Below, in pieces: positions 9,771 through 18,852 of a DNA stretch of 41,393 bases. Below the pieces are notes generated by a model. It had not been told where the DNA came from and did not search any database. It saw only the letters and a program-made list of their open reading frames with translations. Every line of letters begins with the position of its first letter. Position 1 is the first letter of the stretch. The stretch spans positions 1-41,393 of the forward strand of contig JABXKD010000028.1 of the NCBI GenBank assembly GCA_013375475.1, read 5' to 3'. Made by a program: the position numbers and the translations under genes. Source of the DNA: Promethearchaeota archaeon. Its GTDB lineage: Archaea; Asgardarchaeota; Lokiarchaeia; Sigyniarchaeales; SOKP01.

Positions 9771-9792
9771 ATCCTTTAATATTAGAAAGGAT
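9771..9792. promoter_or_regulatory. Inverted repeat ATCCTTT-N8-AAAGGAT, candidate operator or 5'UTR hairpin in a divergent promoter region
   Basis: Perfect 7-bp arms at 9771-9777 and 9786-9792, about 30 nt downstream of a TTTAAATA box (9733-9740). An extra AAAGGAT half-site is at 9623-9629. Confidence 0.4.
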
Positions 9793-9831
9793 GTTTGTAT
9801 AACAATTACTTTTTTAGAAAGCTGATATGGT

Positions 9832-10395
9832 ATGACAACTATAGCCGAAAAATTAATAATAGAATTAAAAACAAAGGCTTTAACAATTCTTCAATTAAGT
9901 GAAATAACAGGGATTGAAGAAGCTAAAATAAGGACTACAATTAATAGATTAAAAGAAAAAACCATAGTACAAGAGACAGGAATGTTTTTAGACAGATATA
10001 AAATATATAAACTTTCAGACAAATTGTTTAATGCATCTTTCATAATGAGAATGATAAAGAAGCTTGATGGTGTAAAAGCTGTCATTCTTATAAGTAATGT
10101 TGATGGTGCACCAATAAGTAGTATACTTCCAGAAGGATCTATTGAATCACGTTATGCAGCAATAACTGTAGCTATGTTTAATTTGATGGAAAGAGCATGT
10201 AAAGAAACTAATAAAGGAAAATTTAAATTTTGTCATATTGAAGGAGAAGATGGAAAACTCCTTATCATTTCCTTCAACAAAGGGTTAATTTTATCGATTT
10301 CATTCGATTTAACAGTAGATTATGACCTGATATTGACATCCTATATCAAAATTATTGATTTGATAAGTAATTCTTTATCTGATTTAATTCAATAG
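9832..10395 (+). CDS. Winged-HTH plus Roadblock/LC7 (MglB/LAMTOR2-like) fusion protein
   Basis: N-terminal LTILQLSEITGIEEAKIRTTINRLKEKTIV (HTH). C-terminal GVKAVILISNVDGAPISS...YAAITVAMFNLMERACKE..KG.F....IEGEDGKLLI (roadblock). Confidence 0.75.
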   Translation: MTTIAEKLIIELKTKALTILQLSEITGIEEAKIRTTINRLKEKTIVQETGMFLDRYKIYKLSDKLFNASFIMRMIKKLDGVKAVILISNVDGAPISSILPEGSIESRYAAITVAMFNLMERACKETNKGKFKFCHIEGEDGKLLIISFNKGLILSISFDLTVDYDLILTSYIKIIDLISNSLSDLIQ

Positions 10396-10439
10396 AGTTT
10401 TATTTAGAAAAGAAAAAAAAGATTTGATTATTTTTTAAA

Positions 10440-10766
10440 TTATTCTGGTGGCTTGAGGCCTAGAACACCCATTGCTTCGATAACTGAGGACATGACTTCG
10501 ATCTGATATTTATAACCTTCAATACCTTCTGCGAAAAAAAGTAGCTGTTCATTTGCTTGGGCAAGGTAATCTTTAAGTTTCCCTTCTTTTATTTCATCCG
10601 CGATCACTACTTTGTATCCTTCTTTGGTTGCAGCGACAGCATTATTTAGGAGGTTCTTAGAAAGGGACTTATCTTCTGGAAATTTTTTCGAAGCTTCAAT
10701 GAACAATTTCCCTGCCTCAGAGGCTTTTGCATGAGGAAACCATACTGTAGTCATAACTATTACCAT
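10440..10766 (-). CDS. Hypothetical protein (108 aa)
   Basis: Clean ORF with AGGTGA SD 5 nt upstream of the ATG and typical protein composition. Confidence 0.75.
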   Translation of the reverse strand: MVIVMTTVWFPHAKASEAGKLFIEASKKFPEDKSLSKNLLNNAVAATKEGYKVVIADEIKEGKLKDYLAQANEQLLFFAEGIEGYKYQIEVMSSVIEAMGVLGLKPPE

Positions 10767-10815
10767 CTATATCACCTTAAATAATTAATATTTTATTAGA
10801 TTCGCATCATTTTTT

Positions 10816-10837
10816 GACAAAAACGACAAAAACGACA
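10816..10837. repeat. Tandem 9-bp repeat (GACAAAAAC)x2 plus GACA
   Basis: Directly visible in the intergenic region upstream of 10440..10766. Confidence 0.8.
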
Positions 10838-10879
10838 TTAATTATATGTGTTTTATCTGTATAAAAGTATTATTGAAGT

Positions 10880-11770
10880 CTAATTCTTTGCTGGTGATGC
10901 ATAACAATAAGCACAATTATGCCCGCACCGAAATATACCAGTATAACCACCAATGTCTTTAGATTTAAAACAACCGCACCCCTTTCTTTGCCCCGTATCT
11001 TTAACTTTTTGAATTTTCTCTCCTATCAATCGCTCAATTTTATTAGCATCAATACAGTGAGCCTGTTTTATCCCCTTAATCTCAAGTAAATCGGGTTGAC
11101 AGCAAGCTCTCATTTCTATTTCATACTTATCACAAATTCCCAATAGTTTGGTAAGAATGTCCTTTTTTTTGTTTAAAAGAGGATCAACGGGGATATATCC
11201 CCTTTTAACTAAGCGATTATTCACTTTTGCATAGATCGTGGCAAAGGAAAATATCATTTCCTTCAATCCAAGGGCAGACACATTCTCTATAATATATTCG
11301 AATTTGTCTAGATTGCTTCTTATCCTTCTCTCATTCCCTTTTTTGTATAAAATGATTGGGTCAAATCTAAAACTTATAGCATCTGATCCAAACTCTCTGA
11401 TCAACCATTTTAACTGAGAAAATCTTTCTTCTAAAGAAATATCAATATTTTGTTCTAATTCAGAAGGTGAGTTAATTGTAAACTGAAAGTAATGACCCTT
11501 GAAAGATTTAAACACCTGCGGTTTGTTTTCATATAATTGAATCCACTCCTTAAAATTCTTGCTCCACCACACCCAGCACTTCACATCTTTATTTTTAAGT
11601 GATATTCTTGAGATCTGTTTCCGATTGAATGGATTAATCACATCCACATATCCGATGTGAATTTTTTCGATCACCCAATCCATTAGAAAAGCTGGTATGT
11701 CTGTTCTACGAGAACAAGAAATGAGCGGGGATCTTATGATATTACCAATGTTGTTTGATTTACTCTCCAT
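10880..11770 (-). CDS. DUF1848 family protein
   Basis: LISCSRRTDIPAF, WSKN, RFDPII, HCID, KDTGQRKGCGCFKSKDIGGY...CGHNCAYCYA. Confidence 0.9.
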   Translation of the reverse strand: MESKSNNIGNIIRSPLISCSRRTDIPAFLMDWVIEKIHIGYVDVINPFNRKQISRISLKNKDVKCWVWWSKNFKEWIQLYENKPQVFKSFKGHYFQFTINSPSELEQNIDISLEERFSQLKWLIREFGSDAISFRFDPIILYKKGNERRIRSNLDKFEYIIENVSALGLKEMIFSFATIYAKVNNRLVKRGYIPVDPLLNKKKDILTKLLGICDKYEIEMRACCQPDLLEIKGIKQAHCIDANKIERLIGEKIQKVKDTGQRKGCGCFKSKDIGGYTGIFRCGHNCAYCYASPAKN

Positions 11771-11777
11771 TCTTCTA

Positions 11778-13415
11778 TTACTCTCCTGTAAGGTAAGATA
11801 ACATAGCTGTAATGAATAAATCTTTTTTAAGTGTCTCAGATAAATGCTCTTCTTTATCCTTGTTTAATATTTCATTTGTCGAGATCCCTAATTTTTTGAT
11901 TAAAATTTCATCATATATCATTAAATGAGGATTTTTAAATGCTTCACCTTCATTTACCTTATTTCTTAAAAAATTTCTGAATTCTGAATCTAACCAGATT
12001 TTAAACGGACCAGGACTGTGTTCAGCCTTGTGTTTTATTTTAAATTTTGTGTTGAGACTCTGAATTACATCGTAAACAGTTTCACACACGATTCTCATTT
12101 TCTCTTTGTTTTCCCTATAAAAAAACTCGATCGGAACAGGAAGGCGCATATGTAATAGCAATCCTTGTCCTTTCCTAAAATTAATATGGCCATACCCAAA
12201 GATTACTTCATGAAACCCTTTCTGAGTAAATATATTATTAATCATTTCAATAGTTTCGGGTAAGTTTTTTGGTTCGCTTAAAATATCTTCAAATCCAGGG
12301 AACGCGATGAATTCTGATGTAGAGTCTTCTGTTTGAACTAGTAAGGCAAAAGTGGATCGTTCTTGGAGGTATTCTTGGAATTCTTCTTCATTTAATTTAT
12401 TCCAGGTACATTGAGCTTTTTGTTTCATAGAAGCTATAAACTTATCAATTATATCTTCAGTTCCCTTAATCATTACAGCCCATTTGACATTGTTATTCTC
12501 TTTATTTTCTTCTCCAAGTTTATTGAATTTTCCAGGAAGTTTTAAGTCAGATATTACAAATTCGCTAACCAAGGGAAAAATCTTTGAATCTAAAACAGAT
12601 TGCAATCCATTAAAAGCATTGGTTATATTATAACCATATAGAATGACTTGCTTTAAATTAGTTTCAGGGCGGTACAATTTGAATTTTGCGCTCAATATCA
12701 CACCAAAGTAACCATTTCCACCTACTATTTTAGAAAAAAGTGAATTATTTTTATCAACATCAATCAAAGATCCATCTATTTTCATAATTCGAATTGTTTC
12801 TACCCAATCTTCGACAGAACCTAATTTTCCTGAAGTAATTCCACTTGCATTTGAGGCTATCAGACCTCCTACTCTCACAGGTAATTTGAGAGAACTTGCT
12901 GGTTGAACGGGAAAGATTAACTTAATATTACTCCTTATTATTGTATATTTAATTAAATCTGATATCAGAACATTTTGATTAACTCGAACAGTATTTTTTT
13001 TAAAATCGTATAGAAAAGGTTCGTCGTAGGATTGAAGATCAATCATATCAATAATTATACCGTAATTACTATATCCTCCAGAAAGCCCTGTTTTTCCTCC
13101 AGCAAATGTAATCGGGATACCGAATTTCTGCGAATTCTTAAGGATAACTCGTAATTGACTTTCTACCTTTGGTCTAAACAGAATATACGGTCTAACATGT
13201 AGGAGTGAAGTGTCTCTTATAGCACTTGCTTGAATTGGATCTCCAACAAGCATTACAAATCCCGTTTGAAGAGATTGAAAATTGGCCTTACTCACAGACA
13301 CATCAGAAGTTTTGATGAAGGTTAGTTTTAAAAAACCTTGGCTTTCCATTTCTTCTATAAACTTATCCCAAGGTAAACGATTTTGGAGGTTTTTGATCAG
13401 AGAACTTTGCTTCAT
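11778..13415 (-). CDS. FAD-binding oxidoreductase (VAO/PCMH superfamily, GlcD/D-lactate dehydrogenase-like, divergent)
   Basis: GGKTGLSGG, VGGLIASNASG, VGGNGYFGVI; C-terminal GH...LH and AEHSPG (variant of GEHGxG). Confidence 0.8.
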   Translation of the reverse strand: MKQSSLIKNLQNRLPWDKFIEEMESQGFLKLTFIKTSDVSVSKANFQSLQTGFVMLVGDPIQASAIRDTSLLHVRPYILFRPKVESQLRVILKNSQKFGIPITFAGGKTGLSGGYSNYGIIIDMIDLQSYDEPFLYDFKKNTVRVNQNVLISDLIKYTIIRSNIKLIFPVQPASSLKLPVRVGGLIASNASGITSGKLGSVEDWVETIRIMKIDGSLIDVDKNNSLFSKIVGGNGYFGVILSAKFKLYRPETNLKQVILYGYNITNAFNGLQSVLDSKIFPLVSEFVISDLKLPGKFNKLGEENKENNNVKWAVMIKGTEDIIDKFIASMKQKAQCTWNKLNEEEFQEYLQERSTFALLVQTEDSTSEFIAFPGFEDILSEPKNLPETIEMINNIFTQKGFHEVIFGYGHINFRKGQGLLLHMRLPVPIEFFYRENKEKMRIVCETVYDVIQSLNTKFKIKHKAEHSPGPFKIWLDSEFRNFLRNKVNEGEAFKNPHLMIYDEILIKKLGISTNEILNKDKEEHLSETLKKDLFITAMLSYLTGE

Positions 13416-13513
13416 AGTAAATTAAGTCTCTAAATAATACTTCTAATCTTAAATGTTTTGATTAAAAAAATTACTAATTTAATTATTTAAATCTTGTAAT
13501 ATTTAAGATTAGT

Positions 13514-14539
13514 ATGATTCCTTCAATTGAATGGACCGTCGATAACAAAGTTAAGATGATTGATCAAACTCTACTACCGCATAAACTTGAGTTCTTAGAG
13601 TTCGATGATTTTAGAGGCGTTGCAAATTCAATCAAGGTGATGAATATTAGGGGAGCTCCTGCTATTGGTGTAGCTGCAGCAATGGGTATGGCGTTAGCAA
13701 CAATAGAATATAAAGATCTTCCAAAGGAAAACTTCTTAAAAAAAATGGAAAATGCTGCTGATGTAATACGCAGTACAAGACCTACAGCATCTAACCTTTT
13801 TTGGGCAGTAAATAGAATTTTAAAGGTTATAAATTCTTTTCCCGACAATCCTTTAAATATATCCGAACTTGTTATTGAAGAAGCCAAATTGATGGCGCAA
13901 GAAGATATTAATGTAAATAAAAACATCGGTAAAAATGGTGCTGTTCTGTTAGAAGACGGAGATACGGTTCTGACACACTGTAACGCGGGATCCTTGGCTA
14001 CAGTTCAGTATGGCACAGCTCTAGCGCCAATTAGAGCCGCTATCGAAATGGGAAAAAATGTTAATGTTATCGCAGACGAAACAAGACCAAGATTACAAGG
14101 AGCAAGGCTAACAGCGTACGAACTTCAATACGATAAAATTCCCGTAAAAGTAATATCAGATACTTCTTCAGGGCTCTTGATGCGACTTGGGAAAATTGAT
14201 AAAGTTATTGTTGGTACGGATCGAGTAACTTCAGACGCAGTTTTTAATAAAATTGGGACTTATTTAGTTGCCTTAGCTGCGTTTGACAATAAAATTCCAT
14301 TTTATGTTGCTGCTCCAACATCTACCCTATCTCTTCAAGAAACCATTGAAGATGTTACTATAGAACAAAGAGATAGTAGTGAAGTAGGTAATGTACTAGG
14401 AAAGCTACAAATTGTCCCTAATGGTGTTGAATGCTTAAATTACGCGTTCGATATTACGCCTTTTAGATTAGTTTCTGGCGTTATTACAGAAGACGGGGTC
14501 TTTACACATGAGGAACTATTAAAAAAATATAAAGGTTGA
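13514..14539 (+). CDS. mtnA: S-methyl-5-thioribose-1-phosphate isomerase (eIF2B-alpha/MtnA family)
   Basis: IDQTLLP, IRGAPAIGVAAA, TRPTASNL, LTHCNAGSLAT..YGTA, ETRPRLQGARLTAYEL, NKIGTY, AFDITP. Confidence 0.92.
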   Translation: MIPSIEWTVDNKVKMIDQTLLPHKLEFLEFDDFRGVANSIKVMNIRGAPAIGVAAAMGMALATIEYKDLPKENFLKKMENAADVIRSTRPTASNLFWAVNRILKVINSFPDNPLNISELVIEEAKLMAQEDINVNKNIGKNGAVLLEDGDTVLTHCNAGSLATVQYGTALAPIRAAIEMGKNVNVIADETRPRLQGARLTAYELQYDKIPVKVISDTSSGLLMRLGKIDKVIVGTDRVTSDAVFNKIGTYLVALAAFDNKIPFYVAAPTSTLSLQETIEDVTIEQRDSSEVGNVLGKLQIVPNGVECLNYAFDITPFRLVSGVITEDGVFTHEELLKKYKG

Positions 14540-14587
14540 CAATAATTAAACTTAAATAGCAATTTAAAAACTGATAACTAAAATATT

Positions 14588-14836
14588 ATGAAGCTTAACA
14601 ATAAACAAAAAAATTCACTCTTTAAGCTATTTATTTTTGGTATTATCCAAGTTTTTTGTATATTTTATTATGTAATTGTTTCTGGATATGCAGGAACTTT
14701 TAAATGGACCGTACAAGAGTTAACTACTAATACTTACGGAACGATCGTGCAAATTCTCAATCTTATCATATTTGTAAATGGAATAATTATTTTTATATAT
14801 ATAGTAATCTTTATCATTTGGACCCTTAAAAGTTAA
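14588..14836 (+). CDS. Small membrane protein (2 predicted TM helices)
   Basis: Two long hydrophobic stretches. Its stop overlaps the convergent dus stop (TTAA, 14833-14836). Confidence 0.6.
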   Translation: MKLNNKQKNSLFKLFIFGIIQVFCIFYYVIVSGYAGTFKWTVQELTTNTYGTIVQILNLIIFVNGIIIFIYIVIFIIWTLKS

Positions 14837-15819
14837 TTCAAGGAATCAATAATCTGCTCTAATTCCTTTAATGTTTTTATTTTAGAAATTTTTATCCTAA
14901 GATCGGTTGAACCTTGGATGCTTTTACTTAGCCATATTAGATTTCTTTTTAATTCCATAAATTTATATTTTTCAGTAGAACAAGGAATTTCTAAATTTCC
15001 ATCCAAATATTCGTTAACGCAGTGTTCAAACAGTTTAATAAGTTCTTTCATTTTCTTCACATTATTTTTAGGAATAAGTTCTAAGCCTTTTTTCAGATAT
15101 TGATGAATCTGGTTAAAGATCTCGGGATTCCCCATCGATCCTCTTCCAATCATAAGTGCATCAACCTTTGTAAACTCTAGGAATTCCCGAGCTATTTTTG
15201 GGTTAAGGATATTACCATTTCCAACAACAGGTATCTTTACTAAAGATTTTATTTTTTTTATTGCATCTATGTTAAATGTAGAGTCTTTAAAACGATCCCT
15301 AACTGTCCTTCCATGAACTGTTAAGAATTCAATGCCTGAATTATTTATGAAGTTCGTTAGTTTATCGATATCGTTTGAATTATTGAATCCTAATCTAATT
15401 TTTAACGAAACTGGTCTTGATGAGTGTTTTACTGCAACATCTAATAATTCCTTTAATTTATCCAAATCCTTAAGTAAATATCCTCCTTCTTGTGCTTTAA
15501 TTGCTCTCTTAGAAGGGCAACAGGCGTTTATGTCTAACACGTCGAATTTATAACTTTCCAGAAAATCTATTGAACTTTTTAAGGCATTCACATTAGATCC
15601 TATTAGTTGTACACTTATTGGCCTTTCTTCTTCAATTTTGTGAAGGTCCATTAAAACTGTGTTGGGACTATTTTCTAATCTCTTAGTGTAAAGCATTGGA
15701 ACACTTACTAATCCAATCTCTCCAAACTTTCTACAAAATCGCCGGAATGGGCTTGTGCTTACCTGCAACATCGGCGCTAATACTAGATTATTTGCTAAAA
15801 GAAGCGTTCCTAATTTCAT
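14833..15819 (-). CDS. dus: tRNA-dihydrouridine synthase family protein
   Basis: LAPM, VQLIGS, DINACCP, VSLKIRLG, TVHGRT, VVGNGNI, MIGRGSMGNPEIF. Confidence 0.92.
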   Translation of the reverse strand: MKLGTLLLANNLVLAPMLQVSTSPFRRFCRKFGEIGLVSVPMLYTKRLENSPNTVLMDLHKIEEERPISVQLIGSNVNALKSSIDFLESYKFDVLDINACCPSKRAIKAQEGGYLLKDLDKLKELLDVAVKHSSRPVSLKIRLGFNNSNDIDKLTNFINNSGIEFLTVHGRTVRDRFKDSTFNIDAIKKIKSLVKIPVVGNGNILNPKIAREFLEFTKVDALMIGRGSMGNPEIFNQIHQYLKKGLELIPKNNVKKMKELIKLFEHCVNEYLDGNLEIPCSTEKYKFMELKRNLIWLSKSIQGSTDLRIKISKIKTLKELEQIIDSLN

Positions 15820-15961
15820 TTTATATAAAAATCTTATTGTGAATATTCTTTACATTCTATAATCAAGAATTTTTTAATTTAAAAAAAATTCTTTATTTTA
15901 TCTTATTTAGATTTTAACTTAAAACGATTTTTAGTTTTCCAATTACGAGCGTTAGTTAAAA

Positions 15962-16465
15962 ATGTCAAAAAATATTAGAGATTATGAATTTCGATCCGAT
16001 CCAAAGGAAATTACATATCTAGACGATGAACCTTTAAAATTAGAGAAAGATTTTAGCTTTTTTCACAATAAAAATAAATTCAGAAAAGAGCTAACCCGAT
16101 TACAAATGCTTTTTAAAAATTATACTGGTATTTCACTTCTTGCTTCTGGAATAAGAGATTCCTATTTAAAAGATGAACTCTCAAACAAATTTTACATAGT
16201 CGCATTTACAACAAATCAAGTTATTAAAGATACTAATAAATTGATAGATCCGTACAAGGATGCTAATATCAAGCCAGGATGCTTTTATCTTGAATGTAGA
16301 CCTAATTATATGCTTTTATTAGCTAAAGATATGGAAGGTTTGGTAGCTGGAGTAGATGCTTTAGAGGATATTATTACTCAAACCTTTAAAGATTATTTCG
16401 AACAAAAAAATAGAGAAGATTATGTTAAAATTAAGCCTTTTAAGCTTTTCAGTTGTGGTAAATAG
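15962..16465 (+). CDS. Stand-alone GH20 domain-2-like (hexosaminidase N-terminal, non-catalytic) protein
   Basis: PKEI... start and GCFYLE...MLLLAKDMEGLVAGVDALEDII, resembling the 'E.Y.L.v...i.i.a.d..G..yG..tL.Ql' pattern. Confidence 0.55.
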   Translation: MSKNIRDYEFRSDPKEITYLDDEPLKLEKDFSFFHNKNKFRKELTRLQMLFKNYTGISLLASGIRDSYLKDELSNKFYIVAFTTNQVIKDTNKLIDPYKDANIKPGCFYLECRPNYMLLLAKDMEGLVAGVDALEDIITQTFKDYFEQKNREDYVKIKPFKLFSCGK

Positions 16466-16502
16466 TTGAAATCTTTATTTTTTATGATGTTTTGAAAAAA
16501 GA

Positions 16503-18224
16503 TTAGTCTGTAAATTTCCAAGGTTTCTGTTTTGTGAGCTTATATGCTTTTTTCGCATATTCTTTCATCATTCTGTTAGTGTTAAAGTAACCTGCTAGAG
16601 CGATAGCGTTTTTGCTTTTGAATAACCACTCATCGTGATTTAAATAAGTTGGTATAATTTGATTTTCTAAAGTATCATAAAGTGAATCTGAGTCAATGTC
16701 CCAACCATTTGAAACTCCAACATCATCAGGATTTGAATCGTTAGGGCCAATAGCCCATCCTGCTAAAGGATTCATGCGATATCCTTCCAACCACCACCCA
16801 TCTTGAACGCTAAAGTTTAAAACGCCATTGAGAGCAGCTTTCATTCCACTAGTGCCACTAGCTTCGCGATATCTTTCTGGTGTATTAAGCCAAACGTCAC
16901 AACCAGATACCAACATATGAGACAAGTCCATATTATAATTTTCCATCATAACAACTTTAACACCGTAATTATCGTAAAGATACTCGCCTTTTTCATAGAT
17001 TTCTTTAATGAAATTCTTTCCCATTTTATCTTTGGGATGTGCTTTTCCCGCAAATATAAATTGAATTCTACCTTTGCAAATTTTACCTAGTCTCTCAATA
17101 TCTTTAAATATTAAGGTTGCTCTTTTGTAAGTGGCAAAGCGTCTAGCAAAACCTATTGTAATTAATTCTTCGTCCAATAAATTCCAGCTATGACCTTTTT
17201 GGTAACTAATTAGATTGAATTTATTTTCAATATGTGCATCAAAAATATCTAAATCGTCTAGTTCTATCGCGTTTTGCAGAATTATCGGCTTTGATTTCCA
17301 ATTGGGCCACTTTCTATCAAAAATTTGGCGAAAAGGTTCGCTAACCCAAAACCCTAAATGAATACCATTTGTAATGTAGTCAACTTCATATTGAGGGAAC
17401 ATAGCTTGTGATATTTCCCCGTGCTTCTTAGCCACGCCGTTTCTATACCTAGAAAGCCCCATTCCTAGATGGGTCATATTGAATTGGCCTTTATCATCAG
17501 CGATTTTTCTAATATCCTGAGGTAACCTATCATTAAATACTTTATCTATTAAATCTTGATTAAACCGATCGTGTCCGGCGGGGACTGGGGTATGGGTGGT
17601 AAATACAACCTTCTCCTTTACTTTAGCAAGATCACCTCCAAACATATTGTAGAGCTCTACTATTGAAAAAGAGCCGTGTCCTTCGTTGAGATGATAAGTC
17701 TGGATATTATTGTACCCTAAAGATTTTAATAGCTTTACACCACCTATCCCTATTATCATTTCTTGAACGATCCTATTCCATCGAGAAGTGGAATCATAAA
17801 GAGAACCAGTCATATTTTTCATCCATTCTTCATTTCCTTCAATATCTGTTGTCAATAGATAAATAGGAAGAATATGATCTGATTGTCCTATTACTTTGTA
17901 TAACCAAGCAGAGACTAATACTTCTTTATCTTCAATTTTTACCTTTATAGGTTTTTCAACTTTTTCAAACTCGTAGAAAAAGTTCCACTCAATTTCTTTT
18001 TCTTTTTGCTCTCCAAGTTCATTGAAGAACTGATAAAAATAACCTGAACTATAACACAAACATATTCCTACCATAGGAAGCTCTAAATCTGCCGCAGCTC
18101 TAACAGTATCGCCTGATAATACGCCTAAACCTCCACTATATGTTGGAATGCTTGAATCCACAGCAATTTCCATAGAAATATACGCAATTTGAGTACTATC
18201 CTTCAAATCTTTATTAATTTCCAT
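16503..18224 (-). CDS. glgP: Alpha-glucan (glycogen/maltodextrin) phosphorylase, GT35
   Basis: YSGGLGVLSGD, HLNEGH, FTTHTPVPAGHDRF, ITNGIH, ARRFATYKRA, EASGTSGMKAALNG (PLP lysine). Confidence 0.95.
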   Translation of the reverse strand: MEINKDLKDSTQIAYISMEIAVDSSIPTYSGGLGVLSGDTVRAAADLELPMVGICLCYSSGYFYQFFNELGEQKEKEIEWNFFYEFEKVEKPIKVKIEDKEVLVSAWLYKVIGQSDHILPIYLLTTDIEGNEEWMKNMTGSLYDSTSRWNRIVQEMIIGIGGVKLLKSLGYNNIQTYHLNEGHGSFSIVELYNMFGGDLAKVKEKVVFTTHTPVPAGHDRFNQDLIDKVFNDRLPQDIRKIADDKGQFNMTHLGMGLSRYRNGVAKKHGEISQAMFPQYEVDYITNGIHLGFWVSEPFRQIFDRKWPNWKSKPIILQNAIELDDLDIFDAHIENKFNLISYQKGHSWNLLDEELITIGFARRFATYKRATLIFKDIERLGKICKGRIQFIFAGKAHPKDKMGKNFIKEIYEKGEYLYDNYGVKVVMMENYNMDLSHMLVSGCDVWLNTPERYREASGTSGMKAALNGVLNFSVQDGWWLEGYRMNPLAGWAIGPNDSNPDDVGVSNGWDIDSDSLYDTLENQIIPTYLNHDEWLFKSKNAIALAGYFNTNRMMKEYAKKAYKLTKQKPWKFTD

Positions 18225-18378
18225 CGCTTAACACTTGATTAGTTAGTTTTTAATTTGACTTCAGCAAAAAATAATTTAATCTCTATATATTATTTTTAAA
18301 ACGCTTACTATAAATTCTTATGTTAAAATGGATGATAATAAACCTTTCTGTTAATCATCTATTATTAGTTAAATAAAC

Positions 18379-18750
18379 CTAATCATCATCAAGTTTTAAA
18401 TTAGGTTTTTCTAATTTGACTTTCTTTGAAATTCCAAAAGTATCCCATCTTTCAATATCTAATTCATCCAATTTCTTTAGAAGTTCATTACTCTCTAAAT
18501 TAGGTATTGGGTTTAAAAGGCTTGGTGTTGGTATTGGGTTAATAATATATGGTTGCAGAAAATTATTACTTTTAGTTAAAATATCTTCAGTCAGATTTTT
18601 GTTAGAAAGATGTTTTTTAAAAAAAGGGTTTTCAGGCCTTAAATTCACTTTCTTGGTGGTATCGTTAAGGATTGGGGTTCGGGGGACTGTTGATTTTGCC
18701 ATCCGGCAAATCGGACAGTTGATTTTATCAAGACCGTGCATACAAAGCAA
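18379..18750 (-). CDS. Hypothetical protein with N-terminal CxH-x6-CPxC putative zinc knuckle
   Basis: MLCMHGLDKINCPIC, TTG start with AGTGA SD-like motif 6 nt upstream, and a Pro/Asn-rich tail. Confidence 0.6.
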   Translation of the reverse strand: MLCMHGLDKINCPICRMAKSTVPRTPILNDTTKKVNLRPENPFFKKHLSNKNLTEDILTKSNNFLQPYIINPIPTPSLLNPIPNLESNELLKKLDELDIERWDTFGISKKVKLEKPNLKLDDD

Positions 18751-18852
18751 ATTCTATCACTTTAATATAAATTCAGTTCTGAATTGGATAAATTAATTTT
18801 ATCTTATATTTTTTTTTATTATTAAATATGAATAATTTTATAGGGGAATAAA

